A DNA stretch of 64,000 nt, taken from assembly GCF_008831285.2 (NCBI RefSeq), contig NC_045138.2:10664001-10728000 (forward strand), in the 5' to 3' direction. Below, in pieces: positions 1 through 13,860 of the stretch. The notes beneath the pieces were generated by a model that saw nothing but the letters and a program-made list of their open reading frames with translations, was not told where the DNA came from and did not search any database. A program made the translations under genes and the position numbers. How positions within the stretch are numbered: the first letter of the stretch is position 1; each line of letters begins with the position of its first letter. The DNA comes from Nymphaea colorata. Taxonomy: Eukaryota.

Positions 1-479
1 ATTCTTACGTTTAGTTTCTTTTTTAATCACTCGGTTATGAACCCCAATGAGTATTTTATTGCTTGATTTTCTTTCATACCTAATGGTGAGAGAAAAATAT
101 TCTCTTGTCATAAAAGAAAAAATTATGTTTTATGTTCATGTATGAAAATATTTGAAATCATGCTTTTCAAAAGATTTTTGAAAGCACTCTTTAATGAGGC
201 CTTGGAAACTTAGCCTAGGCACTTGCATGAGCGCAAGTTTATCTCCGGCCAATATAAAAATCAAAGTCGGATATTTTTAAGTGATATCTTGATTTCAACT
301 TTCATGAAGACATACACGTATACGTGGACATGATTATCTTTCTTTGTCCTTCTCTTTCTATAGTTCAACATATTATTTTACGAGTTTTCATATACACATG
401 AATGCATATATACATGGGTTTCATTTTCCCTCTCTAGAATCTTTTGTTTCTCTTTTCAAGTTAAATGTCGTTTTTTTAC

Positions 480-520
<41 letters not shown>

Positions 521-1455
521 CTCTACCTCTTTAACTTTAAAATCTCTCTCTCTCTCTAAAGATATGTATCTCCATCTCTTTTTAAATCTTCTATTTGGTG
601 ATCTTTAAAATTTTTTTCTCTCCCTTTTTCTCTCTATGAAAGCATTTCATTCTTTCCATTCTTTTGAATATTTTTTTTCCAAAGATCTAAGGTTTTAACT
701 TTCCATTCGTTGACTTCACCAAGACAAAAAAAAAATTCAAGTAATGACCTAATACTAGAATTATGTTTGATGGTCTACAACCCCATTCTGTTTTCAAAAA
801 CTTTTTTTTTTTAAAAAAAATACTTGTGACAATTTTATAAATAAAAATAAGAAACTTAGATGTATGTGATGATAGGAATGCTTTTAGATTAATGTTATGA
901 TAAAAATGAATGATTTCCTTCTAATCATATAGGATCAATGCATTCGTGCATCGATATTGACTTAACACCATCGATGATCACAAGCACCTCTCTAAAATAA
1001 CTTAAGCAAGATGAGATTAAGCTCTAACTAAGTAGTAACCGAATTATAGCAAAACCTCAAGCCTACTTAAAATCTTAAGAGCACAACAAAGTGATTTTCA
1101 AAAGTGATAGTCCAAAGTTTCCAAATGATATTTGTAAAGATTTTCTCACTCAAGATTTTCTAAACGAAAATGTTTTACACTCAAATGATTCTTCGAAACT
1201 TTCTCAAAAAATTTGAAACATCAAATCTTTAACACTTTCTAAAATACCACACCACATTTAGAATGAAAAAGATGTTTAAGCAAAAATTAAATGCATTAAA
1301 AATAAGCATAGCCCTTAGATTGGTTACTCCCGGTAAAGGTGCCAGGAATGGTCAATCCTTATACCGACAGACGAGTCCCTTTCTCTCTCATTTCAAAATA
1401 AAATCTCATTTTTCTAGAGCACTCCAAAAACCAAATGTTTTTGGGCATGCAAACA
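1..1455 (+). mobile_element. 3' part of a long LTR (Gypsy-type, solo/truncated), same family as 58167-60585
   Basis: Colinear direct homology with ~59074-60585 (e.g. ggtcaatccttataccgacagacgagtccc vs ggtcaatcctcataccgacaggcgagtccc); both end ...ATGCAAACA; no PBS follows. Confidence 0.65.
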
Positions 1456-2164
1456 CAGTCCATCTTTAAAGAATAAGGAAATAACACATTTCATCAAAGA
1501 ATTTCGTGTCAAGAAACAAACTTATGTAAATAATAGTAACCTTTGGAAGATGTTATTTCTATACTTTGTCTAAAGACCACAAAGACTTTTGAACATGTTC
1601 TTGCTCAACGAATCAAAAATGAAACCTGCAAAACCTTAATGAACACAAGCTTTAGTAAAAATAAAAAAGTAAAAAAATAAACCACAAATCCAAACTTCAG
1701 TAAAAAAAAAAAGAAAACCAACCACAAATCCAAACTTCAGTAAAAAAAAAAAAAAACAAAACCACCACCTTGCTGCCAGGCCAATGGCAAAAAGGAATTT
1801 TAAGATTCAGCCAAAAAGAAAAAAAAAAAAACATTTTTATCTCTGGTTGCATACCTTGCATGTCTGTTTTTGAAGCCTTTGACTTGAAACCCTCAACCAG
1901 GTTGATGGTTTTATAAGCTCTCAGTTGTTCATAGCAACCCAGATGCTTATAGACGTGGTTGAGAAACACTCAACCAGTTGAGTCAGTGACTGGCTGTTGG
2001 CAAATCGAGAAAAAGAGCAAGAGCAGTGAGATGAAGAGTTTGAGAGACAAAGACTAAAGGGAGAGAAGTGGGACAAGGAGAGGATGAAGAAGCAGTTCTT
2101 CAAACTTTCAAACGAAAATGAGTTTAGGTATTTAGGGTTTGGTTAAAATTTTTCGTAAAGGGAA

Positions 2165-2330
2165 AAAGGAGTCAGGATGGGTTAAACGAGTCGAGTTCCA
2201 CCGACTCAAACTCGACTTGTTTATAAACTTGAGCTTTAGTTGGAGCTTGAGCTTGATTCATTTAATAAACAAGTCGAGCTCGAGTCGAGTATTTGCAAGC
2301 GAGTTTGAGTCGAGCCCGATTTGGCCCCCT
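2165..2330. mobile_element. Degenerate terminal arm of the GAGTCGAG/CTCGAG-repeat (hAT-like) element family
   Basis: Clustered gagtcgag/ctcgac motifs as in 34262-34760 and 37728-38125. Confidence 0.5.
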
Positions 2331-5267
2331 TTTGCTTGTCCACAATTCATATAGGGTTATCAGTCTTGCTTTAGTTAGTACCATATTCAAAATAGAAGGA
2401 CTCTGACAAGGTAAAATAACTAATCATGTTTCTTACCATATCCATATGCTTATGTGATGTTTTGTCTCGTAGTTGCACCATTCAATAAGAGTAGTTGACA
2501 TCGTGTATTGAGGACTATACCATAATCCTCTAGGAACTTACAAATGATTGTGGACGTTGTTCACATGATTCATCAATCTATTATAGTACCCACTACTACA
2601 ATTCTGACAACCATAATTCTTTAATTAAGTTGGTTTCAGTCTTAAAAGGTTTTTATATGTCTAAGGACCGAGACTTCTCATAAATTAAATACAGATAAAT
2701 ATAACAAGAATAATAGTTTATAAACATGATAAAATATTGTTATTCATTCTAACATGCCATATGAAATGAGCCATAAACATCAATATGTATTATTTCTAAG
2801 ATATCTAAAGCTCGATTGATAATGTTTTCCAGTGTTTATTTGGTTTTTCTTTATGCACTCAACATAAACATAGCAGTCTAAGAAATCAAGGGAATCAAGT
2901 ATTTCATTTGAACCAAGCATCTTAATTCCTTTTTCAGAGATATGACTTAATCATCTATGCTATATGAAAATAGAATTCTCCAATTTTTATTTAGTATTAG
3001 AAGATGCAACGTGCAAGGTTGCATGATATGAAAATTGTATTGAGCAAATAAATGTTATTACCACTACATAAAGAACTACATTGTGTTAAAAAAAGCTTAA
3101 ATCAATTATGTACAAGTTTGACCAATTTGAATAACAGTGAGTCTTTAACAATAATTGAAATATGCAATGACTTCAAACTCCACCTTGTTGCCATGACCCA
3201 CATAAATGAACTATTCATCATCAATTGACAGCTCATAATTTAGGCAATCATGTATTGATACACTTATGTTGAGAAAGCGACTGACAAATAAAGAAAGGGC
3301 AGGGAAAGATAATGCAAGAAAGTTCTTTCGTTGTTCCTTAATTCCCCTCCGGGGAGTAGTAGCATTCAAATCCATCTACTCTGGATACTGGAGTCAAATT
3401 AACCTTAAAAAAAAAAAACTAAAGTAAGAAGTGTACCTTTCTTTTCATCTATGCGTGGCACTTAGTTACAATCATTCTTCATATGACCATAATCTTTGCA
3501 AAAGAAATAATTTTATGTCATTCTTAGGCTTCTTCTATTTTTTAATAGACGAAGAGTTAACGTCTTTGACTACTTTTCTTTTCTTGCTTTTAAATGTAGT
3601 ATCAAAATGAACACTCTCTATCTTGTCTTGCTTCGGTCTCTCCTCCCCTTACATGCAATGCAAATGAGCTCATTGAAAGTCTATCTCTTTTTGGTTACAG
3701 CTGATCTTAAACTACTCATATTATGCAAGATGGTGCGAGTGATTGCATAGAGCTTGCTTTGCTTCACGTTACATGATGTCATGAAGAGAGCAAAACCATA
3801 CATACTTTAAAGTCTTCAAGTAAGTTCAGACCTAGTGCCTTTATCTTTGAGGCTAGATGAGACATTTTCCTAATGTGCTCCCTTATGTTCCTATGTTCCT
3901 ATTGCCTTTATACTTTAATAAAACAAGTTTACTTAGATGAATACTTGTTTCAACCTTCTTGTTAGCACTAGCTTCTTGAGAAATAGTATCTGAAGTTTTC
4001 TGAGATTGACCACTTTAAGACTCATGCAATTAGAAGCTCTCACTGCTTAAAGTTTTGTTCACCTATACCAAGCTCACATTACATGGTACAATAGAAAGAA
4101 GATCTTACAAAGTAGATAGATTGGCGGGAGCTAGGTATAATTTTACAAGTGAAGTACCAAGGATGTTACCATCATAAGTCTTTACCTTCTCCTTGTTTTT
4201 TTGTACTTTTTTTTCCTTTGTCGATTAACAAATTGCATTGCATTATAAAATAGTAGACATATATTTTGATCTTCAATGCTCCATACTAATTGGTGCTTTT
4301 AGGATGTTATTGGGCATTTCTGATAGTTGAAGCTGCAGAATGAATAAATAAGATCATGATCAGTGAGCTTATGTCATTGTGGGGACAAGAACTAGCAGAT
4401 TGCGATAGGTATAGCCATGAATGACTGTATGGGTGGCTTTCCAGATTTTTCTTGGCAAATGCATGAATACCAAATAAGATTAACTTTATTAGATTTTTTG
4501 ATATGTATGTACAAAGCATATAACATTTTATGTTTGTCATACTTTTGTTGTTTTTCTTGTTTAATGTTAAGAAAATAATAATGTACTTCAATGTAGTAAT
4601 CGGGTTGTTACTATTGATGACCATCAACGTGTGCATCCAAGCACTGAAAAAGCACTATAATTGGTCATTGGTTAACTAATCTATGTTTTACTTGATTCTC
4701 CAAGCAATGATTTATAGACTACAACAAAACAAGGTAGATCTAGTTCTAAAACAATTTAAGCTCTAGCGCGGTGCAATATGACACCATTGTTGGGCCGAGT
4801 CTCTGGCACTGTGGTAGATGTCCAACAATTATGGTTTTCACTACCGTGGATTATCACCAGAGCTAGACACACAATGTTCGTAACTTAGAAAGAGCTCTGC
4901 CACTTTATATTCCAAAGCCAATAGCTATTCAACTTGTGCCTTAGTGCCATTTCAATTGCTATGGCATTGAGCTTTCCAGGATCAAGGTAAGGATCTCATG
5001 AGCTTCGCACTCACAAAGATGCACATGGAAACTTTTTTTTTCACCCTTTCTATTTTCACCTTCATTTTCTCTCTCTTGTCTCCCTAGGGTTCCCCTTTTC
5101 TTGTACTCATCTCCGTTTGAATTCTCACTCTTGTCTAGGAGCATGAAAGACCGACACCCATCTGTCCTTGGTGATTTGAATAACATTGGTGTTCGATGCT
5201 GATCTATAGAGCATTTGATGGTAATCAGATGGTCAATCATTCATGGAGTTCTCAAAGCCACTACGTT

Positions 5268-8200
5268 GTGAATATTCAAAATTTTTACAAGTACAAATGA
5301 CCATTTTACCCTTCACCATGAGGTTTCAAAATTGTTTTTCAAAAGCCAAATTTCAAGAACAAAGTCATTTCTGAGATAAACAGACACTTTTTATATAAGC
5401 ATCGCATACTTAGACACAAATCACCTAGGTTGCCTAAACTAAAAATTACCATTTTGTCCATACACCCTACCATACCTACCTAAGAATAGTAATTTTTCAT
5501 CAAATTTTCGAGAATTGCCAACATTAAGCAATTAGGCCATTTACATGGCCCTTGGATTTCTAGCATCAGCTCACTAGGGTTACCCAGTCTGAAGCTAGCT
5601 CCTCTATAGCCCAAATTGACTCTTGAAACTCAAAATTGTGATCTTAGCTCAATCAAATAAAAAAAAGTGTACCTTAGTGGAGAGAAAGTTTTATTTTACT
5701 TATTTTGTGTCAAACCCAAGTTTCAGCTATATACTAACTTGTAGATTACTACGTGATCTTTCTCTCTCTCTTTTTAAGGGTTTAAGGTGAATTTGAACTC
5801 AAGCCAAAATATTGAGCTAAAATTGATATAGGACCATGTTTATCACGTATAAGTCAAGCTTGCTTTAGTTCAGTTTGAGTTCATTCATTCCAATTTGAAT
5901 TCAATTCAATTCTATGTGCTTTCCCTCTTCTATTTTCGGGAGTTTAAGCTGAATTTAAGCTTAACCCAAGAGATTGAGCTAAAACCAAGCTAGGACCATG
6001 TTTATCATATATAAATCAAGCTTCCCTTAGTTCACTTTGGGTTCATTCATCTCAGTATTCAATTCTAAGTGTTTTCTCTATCATGTTTTCAGTGGTTTGA
6101 GTTAAATTTGAGCTCAGCCCAATAGAATGAGCTAAATTCGAGCTCACTTGTGAGCTAAAACTGAGCTAGGATTATATTTGTCATGTATAAATCAATACTC
6201 CCTTAGCACAATTTGAGTTTAATTTTTCTAGTTTAAGCTCAATTCAATTGCAAAGGCCGTAGAGCTCATTCCTAATACTTGCTACAATATGTAAATTGAT
6301 GTCGAGCTGAATTTTGCAAAATCAAAGTGAATTTCTTCGATCTTTCAGCATGTTCGTATATGTAAGTAGCTTTTCCAAATATCCTCAGCTCCACATGTGA
6401 AAATTACACAAATCTGATTTTTATGGTTTTCCTCGATTTTTCTTTATAAATGTGCCTTATATGACTTGGTAAAAATTTGTTTTTTGATTTTTAGAGCAAG
6501 TCAAGAGGTTCTTTAGTGAGAGTTTAGCAAAAACCTATTTAGGAGCCTGACCACAAGTTGGTTCAATCAAATCATGAAAATTCATCCAGGCTTTTGAAAA
6601 TACATACATGGCCAAAATTGTTTTTTCTTTTTTGACTCACATTCTTCTGCATAAGCATAACGTATAAGTCAAATGTACCTTGATTTATGATTTTCTTTGA
6701 TTTTTGAACCCTAGTTCATGCCCATCCCTTTCTTTGGACCTATTTTAGCCTAAAATCACACAAAAGGGTATTTTAGTCATTTATTACTATGCACATATTT
6801 TTCATAAAACTTAACTTAGGAGCCACATGAACCTAAATTAACTTTTTTATATAAATTTCATGGATTTGGTAGACCTGAACTTATGAGCCTATCCTAATTT
6901 TCTATTAAAACTAAATTTTCCAAAAACAGCATTACGCGCTCAGCCTAGGTCTGAACCCAATTTTTCAAAAAACTAAACCTAACCCAGGTCCAGTCCATGT
7001 CATGAAACTTGAACCCACCTAGCTCAGATCGAGCCAGGTCCAGGTTCCTGCTACTTATAAGTCTTCATTTCATATTTTTGTTCCAAATCATATATCCAAG
7101 TCTTATTTCCATGTCAGGATCTCATATCTAAGTCTCAGATCTGATCTATATTTATAGATCCAGATCCGTTATTCTCATTTTAGAGCCCTAAATTTCTATA
7201 CCATTCATAGATCTACCTTCTAAAATTTTCTTTGGTTCTAAACCTGAATGTAAGTCTCAGCATCAAACCTAGATTCAGGATCTACATGTGAACTTAATGC
7301 ACATTATATCTCAAAAAAGTATCATGATTTACTCACTTCATGCATAATGTCAATTTTGCTTGATTGAAACGTGTGAAATTTTTTGTTGAGCACTCCAACA
7401 TAAACGGAGTCGAAATTGGTACCCGTATATGGCCAGAGTGAACATTGTTCCAATTTATATCAAGTTTTAGAATAAGGTTTAAAATTATGTTTATTTCTTC
7501 TTTATATTTTATGTCGTTCATTTTACACACTCAATGTCAAAGCCAAATACTTCATCAAGAATCAATCAACACTTCTCTGTGTGCTCGTGGTTTTTTGTGA
7601 AATTAAATTTGGAGTCCATATGAGATGGTCGTGAGCAAAATTCGATTGAAGGCATAATTTTAGTATATGGTTTTGAGTTGAGAAAGAAGAAATAACATGC
7701 AAAAGTTTAGCCATGTATCAATAAAGAGAAAATGGTTTGCCCCTTCTGCCTCCTATAAGTAGTTCTCCTCCCTCCCTTTTGGCACTACAAACTTTGAGCT
7801 ATTCTTTGAGAAGCCAAAAAAGTTGGTAAAATTCTAACCAAGTACTCAAAAAAGGGTTGGTCTAAGTTAAATTGTTAAGAGTCTTGGTCTAAGTCTTGAT
7901 TCAGGCTGCATTACTCAACTTGGACCCAACTAGACTTAGTGTAGGGGTAACGGGAGCAAGCCCAACCAGAATGCCAGGTTCAGGTAATTTCCTTTTCCCT
8001 CTTCTTTCTTTTCTTATTTGCAATTTAATTTTTTTCATTATGCATTTTTAGTTTAGTTTTTGCTTTTAGCATATTTAGTTTAGTTTTCTATTTTACTTTT
8101 AACATGTTCAGTTTTCTTTTGTTTCTAGAATGTTTAGTTTAGTTATTGTTTGCTTAGTTTAGCATATTTATTTTCTATATTAGATTTATTTTAATATCTT

Positions 8201-8875
8201 TAAGGTAGGCATAGGAGCCAGATATGCCTCTTTCTTCCTTGTCACTTTCTTTTAATTTTGTGTTTTTGCTTGTATAGACCAGAACCATCTTGCAACCACA
8301 TGCATCCCTAGTCTAAAACAAGACTAGGACTGCCTAGTAACATACCTTGTGCGCATCAGCCCAGCTATGAGAAAACCTAAATCTTGCTTGGTACGTATAC
8401 AAGAACCATTTTAAAATCACAGTTTTCCAAAATATTTTCAAAACTCAATTTCTTTAAAGATTTTAAAAACCCTAGGCCATGTAGGCATAAAGTCCAAACC
8501 CATCTCACTTCTCCAAGACTTAGCACAAACTGGTACTAGAGTCCATTACTTGTGAACCTAGCCCAATAGCCTAGATCTAGTCAAATCTCTTTACAATCAT
8601 TCAGATAACATGAATGAATTGTATATTCTATATCACATAGTTTGACTAAGACCAAACCCACTTATTACCGTCAAACCCATCCCAGGTAGGTTTAAACCCA
8701 GTGTAGGCAAGACTGAACCCAGTCATTTTGATAGCTTACCCCTATCCCATTTAGATCTTGGATCTTAGTTCCAAGTATTGGATTCAAATCATAAAGCTTA
8801 TGCTGATCTAAACCACGGCATCAACCCAAGTCTATCTACTTAGATTTGGATTTCAAGTATTGGATTTTGGACCCC
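5268..8875 (+). mobile_element. Long Gypsy-type LTR remnant
   Basis: Starts TGTGAATATTCAAAATTTT; internal subrepeats, TATA-like cctataagta near 7752, T-rich downstream tract; non-coding; right boundary uncertain. Confidence 0.4.
5785..6245 (+). repeat. Three diverged ~160-bp tandem copies
   Basis: Recurring ttgagctaaa...taggaccatgtttatca...tataa.tcaag block near 5790, 5950 and 6100. Confidence 0.7.
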
Positions 8876-8879
8876 AAGT

Positions 8880-9082
8880 ATGAGATAGTGACAGGGGTAT
8901 GAGATAATGAATGTGAGATAATGGGTATGAAGTAACAACAAGAGTATAAGATAATGTGTATGAAATAACGGTAGAGTATGAGATAATAATAGGAGTATGA
9001 CATAATGGGCATGAAACAACGATAGGAGTAGGAGTATGACATAATGGGCATGAAACAACGATAGGAGTAGAGATAATGACAT
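8880..9082 (+). repeat. Minisatellite, 39-bp unit (two perfect copies 8992-9030 and 9031-9069, plus degenerate shorter units)
   Basis: ggagtatgacataatgggcatgaaacaacgataggagta repeated; it generates the spurious repetitive ORFs at 8836-9082. Confidence 0.85.
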
Positions 9083-10150
9083 TAGCAGGACAAAAAAAAA
9101 AAAAGACGTTCTTTGTTGTTCAGAAAAGTATACTAGTTATAATGATCTACTGACAAAATCATTTGGTCTGAGCTTTATCAAATTCCAAATCTTTTTTTTT
9201 GTCCAAATATAAAAAAAAGTTCTCTTTTCCTATTCACTAAGGCCATTTTTCGTCATTACTATATTGGCACACTAAAATTTCATGCACGGCATGTCATATA
9301 TAACCCCACTTAGCTTCGTTGGACATGGTAGTCAGTTTATGTCGGGATCAATCACTGCATCCCTCTTTAGAAGAAACGAAAAAAGAAAGAACAAAGACCT
9401 CGTTTCCACCGTTTTGTGTGGGTCTCAACCACAGCCCCGTAGATGCATGCGAGGTCATAGCTAGTTCTACGGCCTTTAGAGGCTGGTGGTGGCCGATGGT
9501 GGCCATCGCCCCAAAATTTCCTATCTCTATTCATTCAAGGAACTAAATCAGCTTGGGAGATAAGCACGTGTACCACAACCCAATCAATGGCAATGGTGCC
9601 CGAATTGGAGGACATGGCGGCAGGGCCGATCACCACCACTTGAAAGAGGGACGGAGGCACTACCTAACTGTAGTGGAAAATATTATTTCTGGGTATCACC
9701 CATACTGAGATTTCGAATTTTGGAAAGACCTGCCAATTGGCTTGGAATTACTCCTTCAAGTCTGTTACTGGAGAGACCAAGAGTTGTAAGACTCGAAACA
9801 GAGGCCAATCATCGGTGAAGGAAATGCTCCCTCGAAGGAGACGAGTTGCCTTTCACAACTCATCCACATCTGCAACTTATGTTGACATTGATGAATGCGA
9901 GGTAAGGACTCTCGTTTATTAGTTAGATGTGGGCTAAGAACTATGTTGACTGAAGCTTTCAGTTAAATATTATTTCATATTTTTTTTAAGGAGTTGGAGT
10001 AAGAACTTCTCAAGGTACAATTAATCACCAAGCTTAATCATGCAACTCTTAGCGTTGGGTACAGAAGTGTGAACGATGTAGATTATTGGATTGAAAACAA
10101 CTCATCGGGGGATCTTTTGAGCGAGAGTACAAGAGAATGTTTCTAGAGTT

Positions 10151-10581
10151 CCTACTAGAATATGAGCGATTCCGCTATTTGTTTGCTACCCCATAAAAAA
10201 TAAGCTGAACCCTCATGTGCTTGTGCCAACGGTTTGAGATTGGCACCATTTATGCCCTATGAATGATGCAGGTGAACGCTGTAGGCCTAGACTATTGCAT
10301 CCATAGCCGATCATGGCCTGCAGTCGGACATTCGGCCAGGCCGAGTCAGGCCACTGCTCGTTTAGGGGCAGCAAGCTGGCCAAATTGGCGACTTTGCCAC
10401 CCTTGGGCTAACGCTGAGAAGACATGCTTGGTCTTTTTAATGTTATGGAGGCGGACTTGGAGCTCGTTAGGAAGACTCGCAATTCGAATGTAGGACATCT
10501 TTCGATCACCTATTTGAGCCTTCCATTATTTTGTGGTAAACTACAAGAAGAATGGTGCGAAAAGCTCTTGGAACATGGCCA

Positions 10582-10630
<49 letters not shown>

Positions 10631-11183
10631 CACGTGCTCACGCTTGTTGTAGTTGTCGTGCTAGTACCCGTGCCCATGTGATTTGGTACCTAACACGAAA
10701 TCGGCTTCCAAGGTTAGGCATGTCAAGCTCAATGAACTTTCAAAAATTTCTTGTATCATTGATAATGACACCCACCAACTGGAAAGCCATTTAGTTTTTT
10801 GGGCATCTTTCAATCCCACTCATTACTTCCATTGTCTTTTGCTACGAGAATGATGGTGACATGTTGCCCACTTTGAAGAAAGGGGTACTTGCTTATAGAG
10901 GCAGCAAGCCAGATAACCACAGCAACAAACATTACTATCAGCTACCACTCTTACCATTACCAATAGCCACAAACTCATCGCCAATAACATTATTAGCAAC
11001 GGCTCTCACTCTGGGGGATAATCCAGGTTGCCCTTTGCCTTTGTGGCATTGGACAAAACCATATTGGAAAAAACCATTTTTTAGGGTGTCAGCTGTTGCC
11101 ATAATGTTGTTGGCAACATCAACCACAGGATGAAAGTTGTTGCCAATATGGTCTATAGCAGTGAAACGTCATATTTAGTAGTG
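10151..11183. mobile_element. Non-autonomous CACTA (En/Spm) element
   Basis: Left cctactagaatatgagcgattc vs right-end reverse complement cactactaaatatgacgtttc; subterminal gccaacgg/tgttgcc repeats; flanks gtt/att match 2 of 3 as a TSD. Confidence 0.6.
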
Positions 11184-11811
11184 ATTTTGTCACCACTATA
11201 GGTTCTTTCACTTTTTGTAAAAAATGCTGCTCATTCATCAAGTACACTTTTTTATTTAGATTTAAAAATACAATGATTTTTTACAAATATAATCAAGATT
11301 TACATAGGTTAGTATCCAAATTGCAATAACCAAATAAATGCATCTCACAGGCAAAAAACTAGTCAATGATCAATTTAAAGAAAATGTCGCTCACGACAAT
11401 CTCACAAAGTCAAAGCTGTTCGCGTCAAGTACATCATTGATGATATGGAGCAGCATGTGTCAATAAACAAAAATATAAGAATAAGTTACCATCACAGACA
11501 ATGATTATGCAACTTAAGTACAAATATAGCTTCGAAAGTCAAATTCTAACTAGAAAAAGGGTTCTCGTAATAGAAAGACTATCAAATAATTAAACAAGTT
11601 GTACATTGAAGTGTAATGATTAGGTGCACAATGGAGCAAGCTTAGAAGAACCTTTCATGCATGTGCCGATTTTCTATGCAAGAAAACAAATTCTAGAACA
11701 GATACAAAGAAGTAGGAGCCACACGCTCATAACTCATATTCACATCCAATCTACGTACTTATTTAGCTTTTCTCAAAAATTTGACTTCATAATTCCAAAT
11801 GTACAGATGAA

Positions 11812-11814
<3 letters not shown>

Positions 11815-11868
<54 letters not shown>
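11815..11868 (+). repeat. Poly(A) tract
   Basis: About 54 consecutive A. Confidence 0.95.
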
Positions 11869-11870
<2 letters not shown>

Positions 11871-12289
11871 AAATAGAAATTCATAGGTTGTACTATGATG
11901 CCCTCAAGAAAAGAAAATTTATATCGTCAAAACGTGAAGTAACTAGACCATAGATGGTCCAAGCAACAGAGCATGCCCGGTAGCACTACCTCCACCTTAT
12001 ATACTGGAAGACACCAATATAAAAGAAACTGGAACATTCGATCGCACAATATATGTGTAGTGATGTAATAAAATAACAGCATGACTAATTTAATGACAGG
12101 GACAAAGAAAGATTTGTACCATTTTTTACGGTGGAGCTAAACAAATGAGCACAACGAGGATGAACAATATAAATTCCATAACCTAAGGTTCGTAACATTT
12201 TGCATATATAGTGGAGCTAAAAAAATGAACACCACAATGATGGAAAAGATAAATCCCATGATATTCTCTATCTTTCATGTCCATATTAG

Positions 12290-12507
12290 CACCGACAGTT
12301 GGTGACAGAAAGCAAATCTTCACCTACCATCACTTTTTCATTGTTTTTGACAGTTGCGTATGACAAACTATGTGTTAAATTGTTACTATCTCCAACCATT
12401 GTTTTTGGCATAGATTTAGATCAATGATTAAAAGAGCCAATAGGCAAAATCCTAGAACATGAACTACAACAGATTTGGACTTCTTCAACGCCCTTTTCCT
12501 TGTAGTG
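12290..12507. mobile_element. CACTA terminus with subterminal repeats
   Basis: cttttccttgtagtg is the reverse complement of CACTACAAGGAAAAG; partner end not found. Confidence 0.45.
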
Positions 12508-12891
12508 TCTATGCTTGATTAAGATCTTTGATGTGATTTCTTGTATCATCGATGATTGCAGAAGAGCAGCCCACCACCGTGGATGAAGGATGTGTTCACA
12601 TTGGTGATAGCTAAAATTGGGGCTTCTCCAACGCTATGCTCCATGTGATGTCGGAGATGAAATAGGGAAAGCCAGAATTGAAATGCTTGGCCTTGTTACA
12701 CGTACTTTCAAAAAGTTATAATTGGTTTACTCTAATTTTTGTAAAGTCTCTTTAACATGTATTTTACACATGGACAATCACTGCCCATTTTTGAGAGTTT
12801 TTACTTAAAATCAGTGTTTTTTATGCTCTGAAGTGATCTACATTCATATTTTTTATTGGGCATTATTTGGCACCTTAATCAATAAAGTTGA

Positions 12892-12931
<40 letters not shown>

Positions 12932-13126
12932 TTGTGTGTGTAAGTGTGCATGTGCATTGTGAGTGCATATTACCTTAGTTGCCAAAGATTTGAATGCACT
13001 ACACAGGCTCAAATAAGCACAAACCAAAAAAGCAGAAAAATTTCTAGAATGAGTTTGAATGATTTTTTGTTAACTTACCTAATAAAATCAAAGCTACATA
13101 CTTGAACACAGTATTGCATATAATAC

Positions 13127-13860
13127 CTGATTAGAAGGAATGGTGGAATAATTTGAATGCCCTGCTGCATCAAACACTAGCTCTTTAAGATCACCACCCT
13201 TAGGTGTCCCATGACTTGAATCCACACATTTTAATTCTTTATCCTTTTCCAACATGCAGGTAGGATTAATTCCACATTTGACCGGTGGAGTCATTTTACC
13301 AACAAGTTTTTAAGACAACCCATCCTCTGCATCAAAAACTAATTGTATTAGACCTGTAGAAAGCTTCTCATTTGAGTCGTGATTCTTTATGAGATGTTTT
13401 TGTTCTAATTTCTTACCACCATCGACACAAATGTTCATTATAACATAATAGAAACCAGTCTTATAACATCTGATCGGCTTAAAAGATACATATATTATGG
13501 TTTTTTTAATGTATAATTCAGATTCTACAATTTTTTTTTTGGAACTAGGAATAGATTCATTCTCATCTTCATTTCCAATAACTGTATCTCTTTTATTTTC
13601 ATCTCTATGCACAAATCCAAATCCAGGTTCTCTATCTCCAATATATACTTTAAAAGTTACCTGATTTGCAATTGTATCAAGAACTTTCGATTTTGATATG
13701 GATATAAGTCCATCTTTTACTGTTCCTCCTACTTGAGTATGAAACCCTTGTTTCCTAGTTTCCATGTAGCTCTTATCAAGATATTCTAAATACTTAATAG
13801 AAGGTGATGATACATAACAACTAGTTTTAGCGTTTGCAACCAAAGTAGAGTTCAAACAGC
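13127..13860 (-). pseudogene. Degenerate coding exon of unknown protein
   Basis: 181-aa ORF plus adjacent 66-aa ORF, duplicated LVFDA motif, ends at CAG|GTAT donor; no family recognised. Confidence 0.3.

Noticed and set aside
2120..2145. TTTAGGG telomere-like motif
   Set aside because: Single copy; common inside plant TEs
4080..4160. GTIER..YK..RL copia RT-like snippet
   Set aside because: Too short and degenerate to support a feature
9737..9922. VDIDECE + GT donor suggesting an EGF/WAK exon
   Set aside because: The upstream EGF cysteine pattern and other WAK exons are absent
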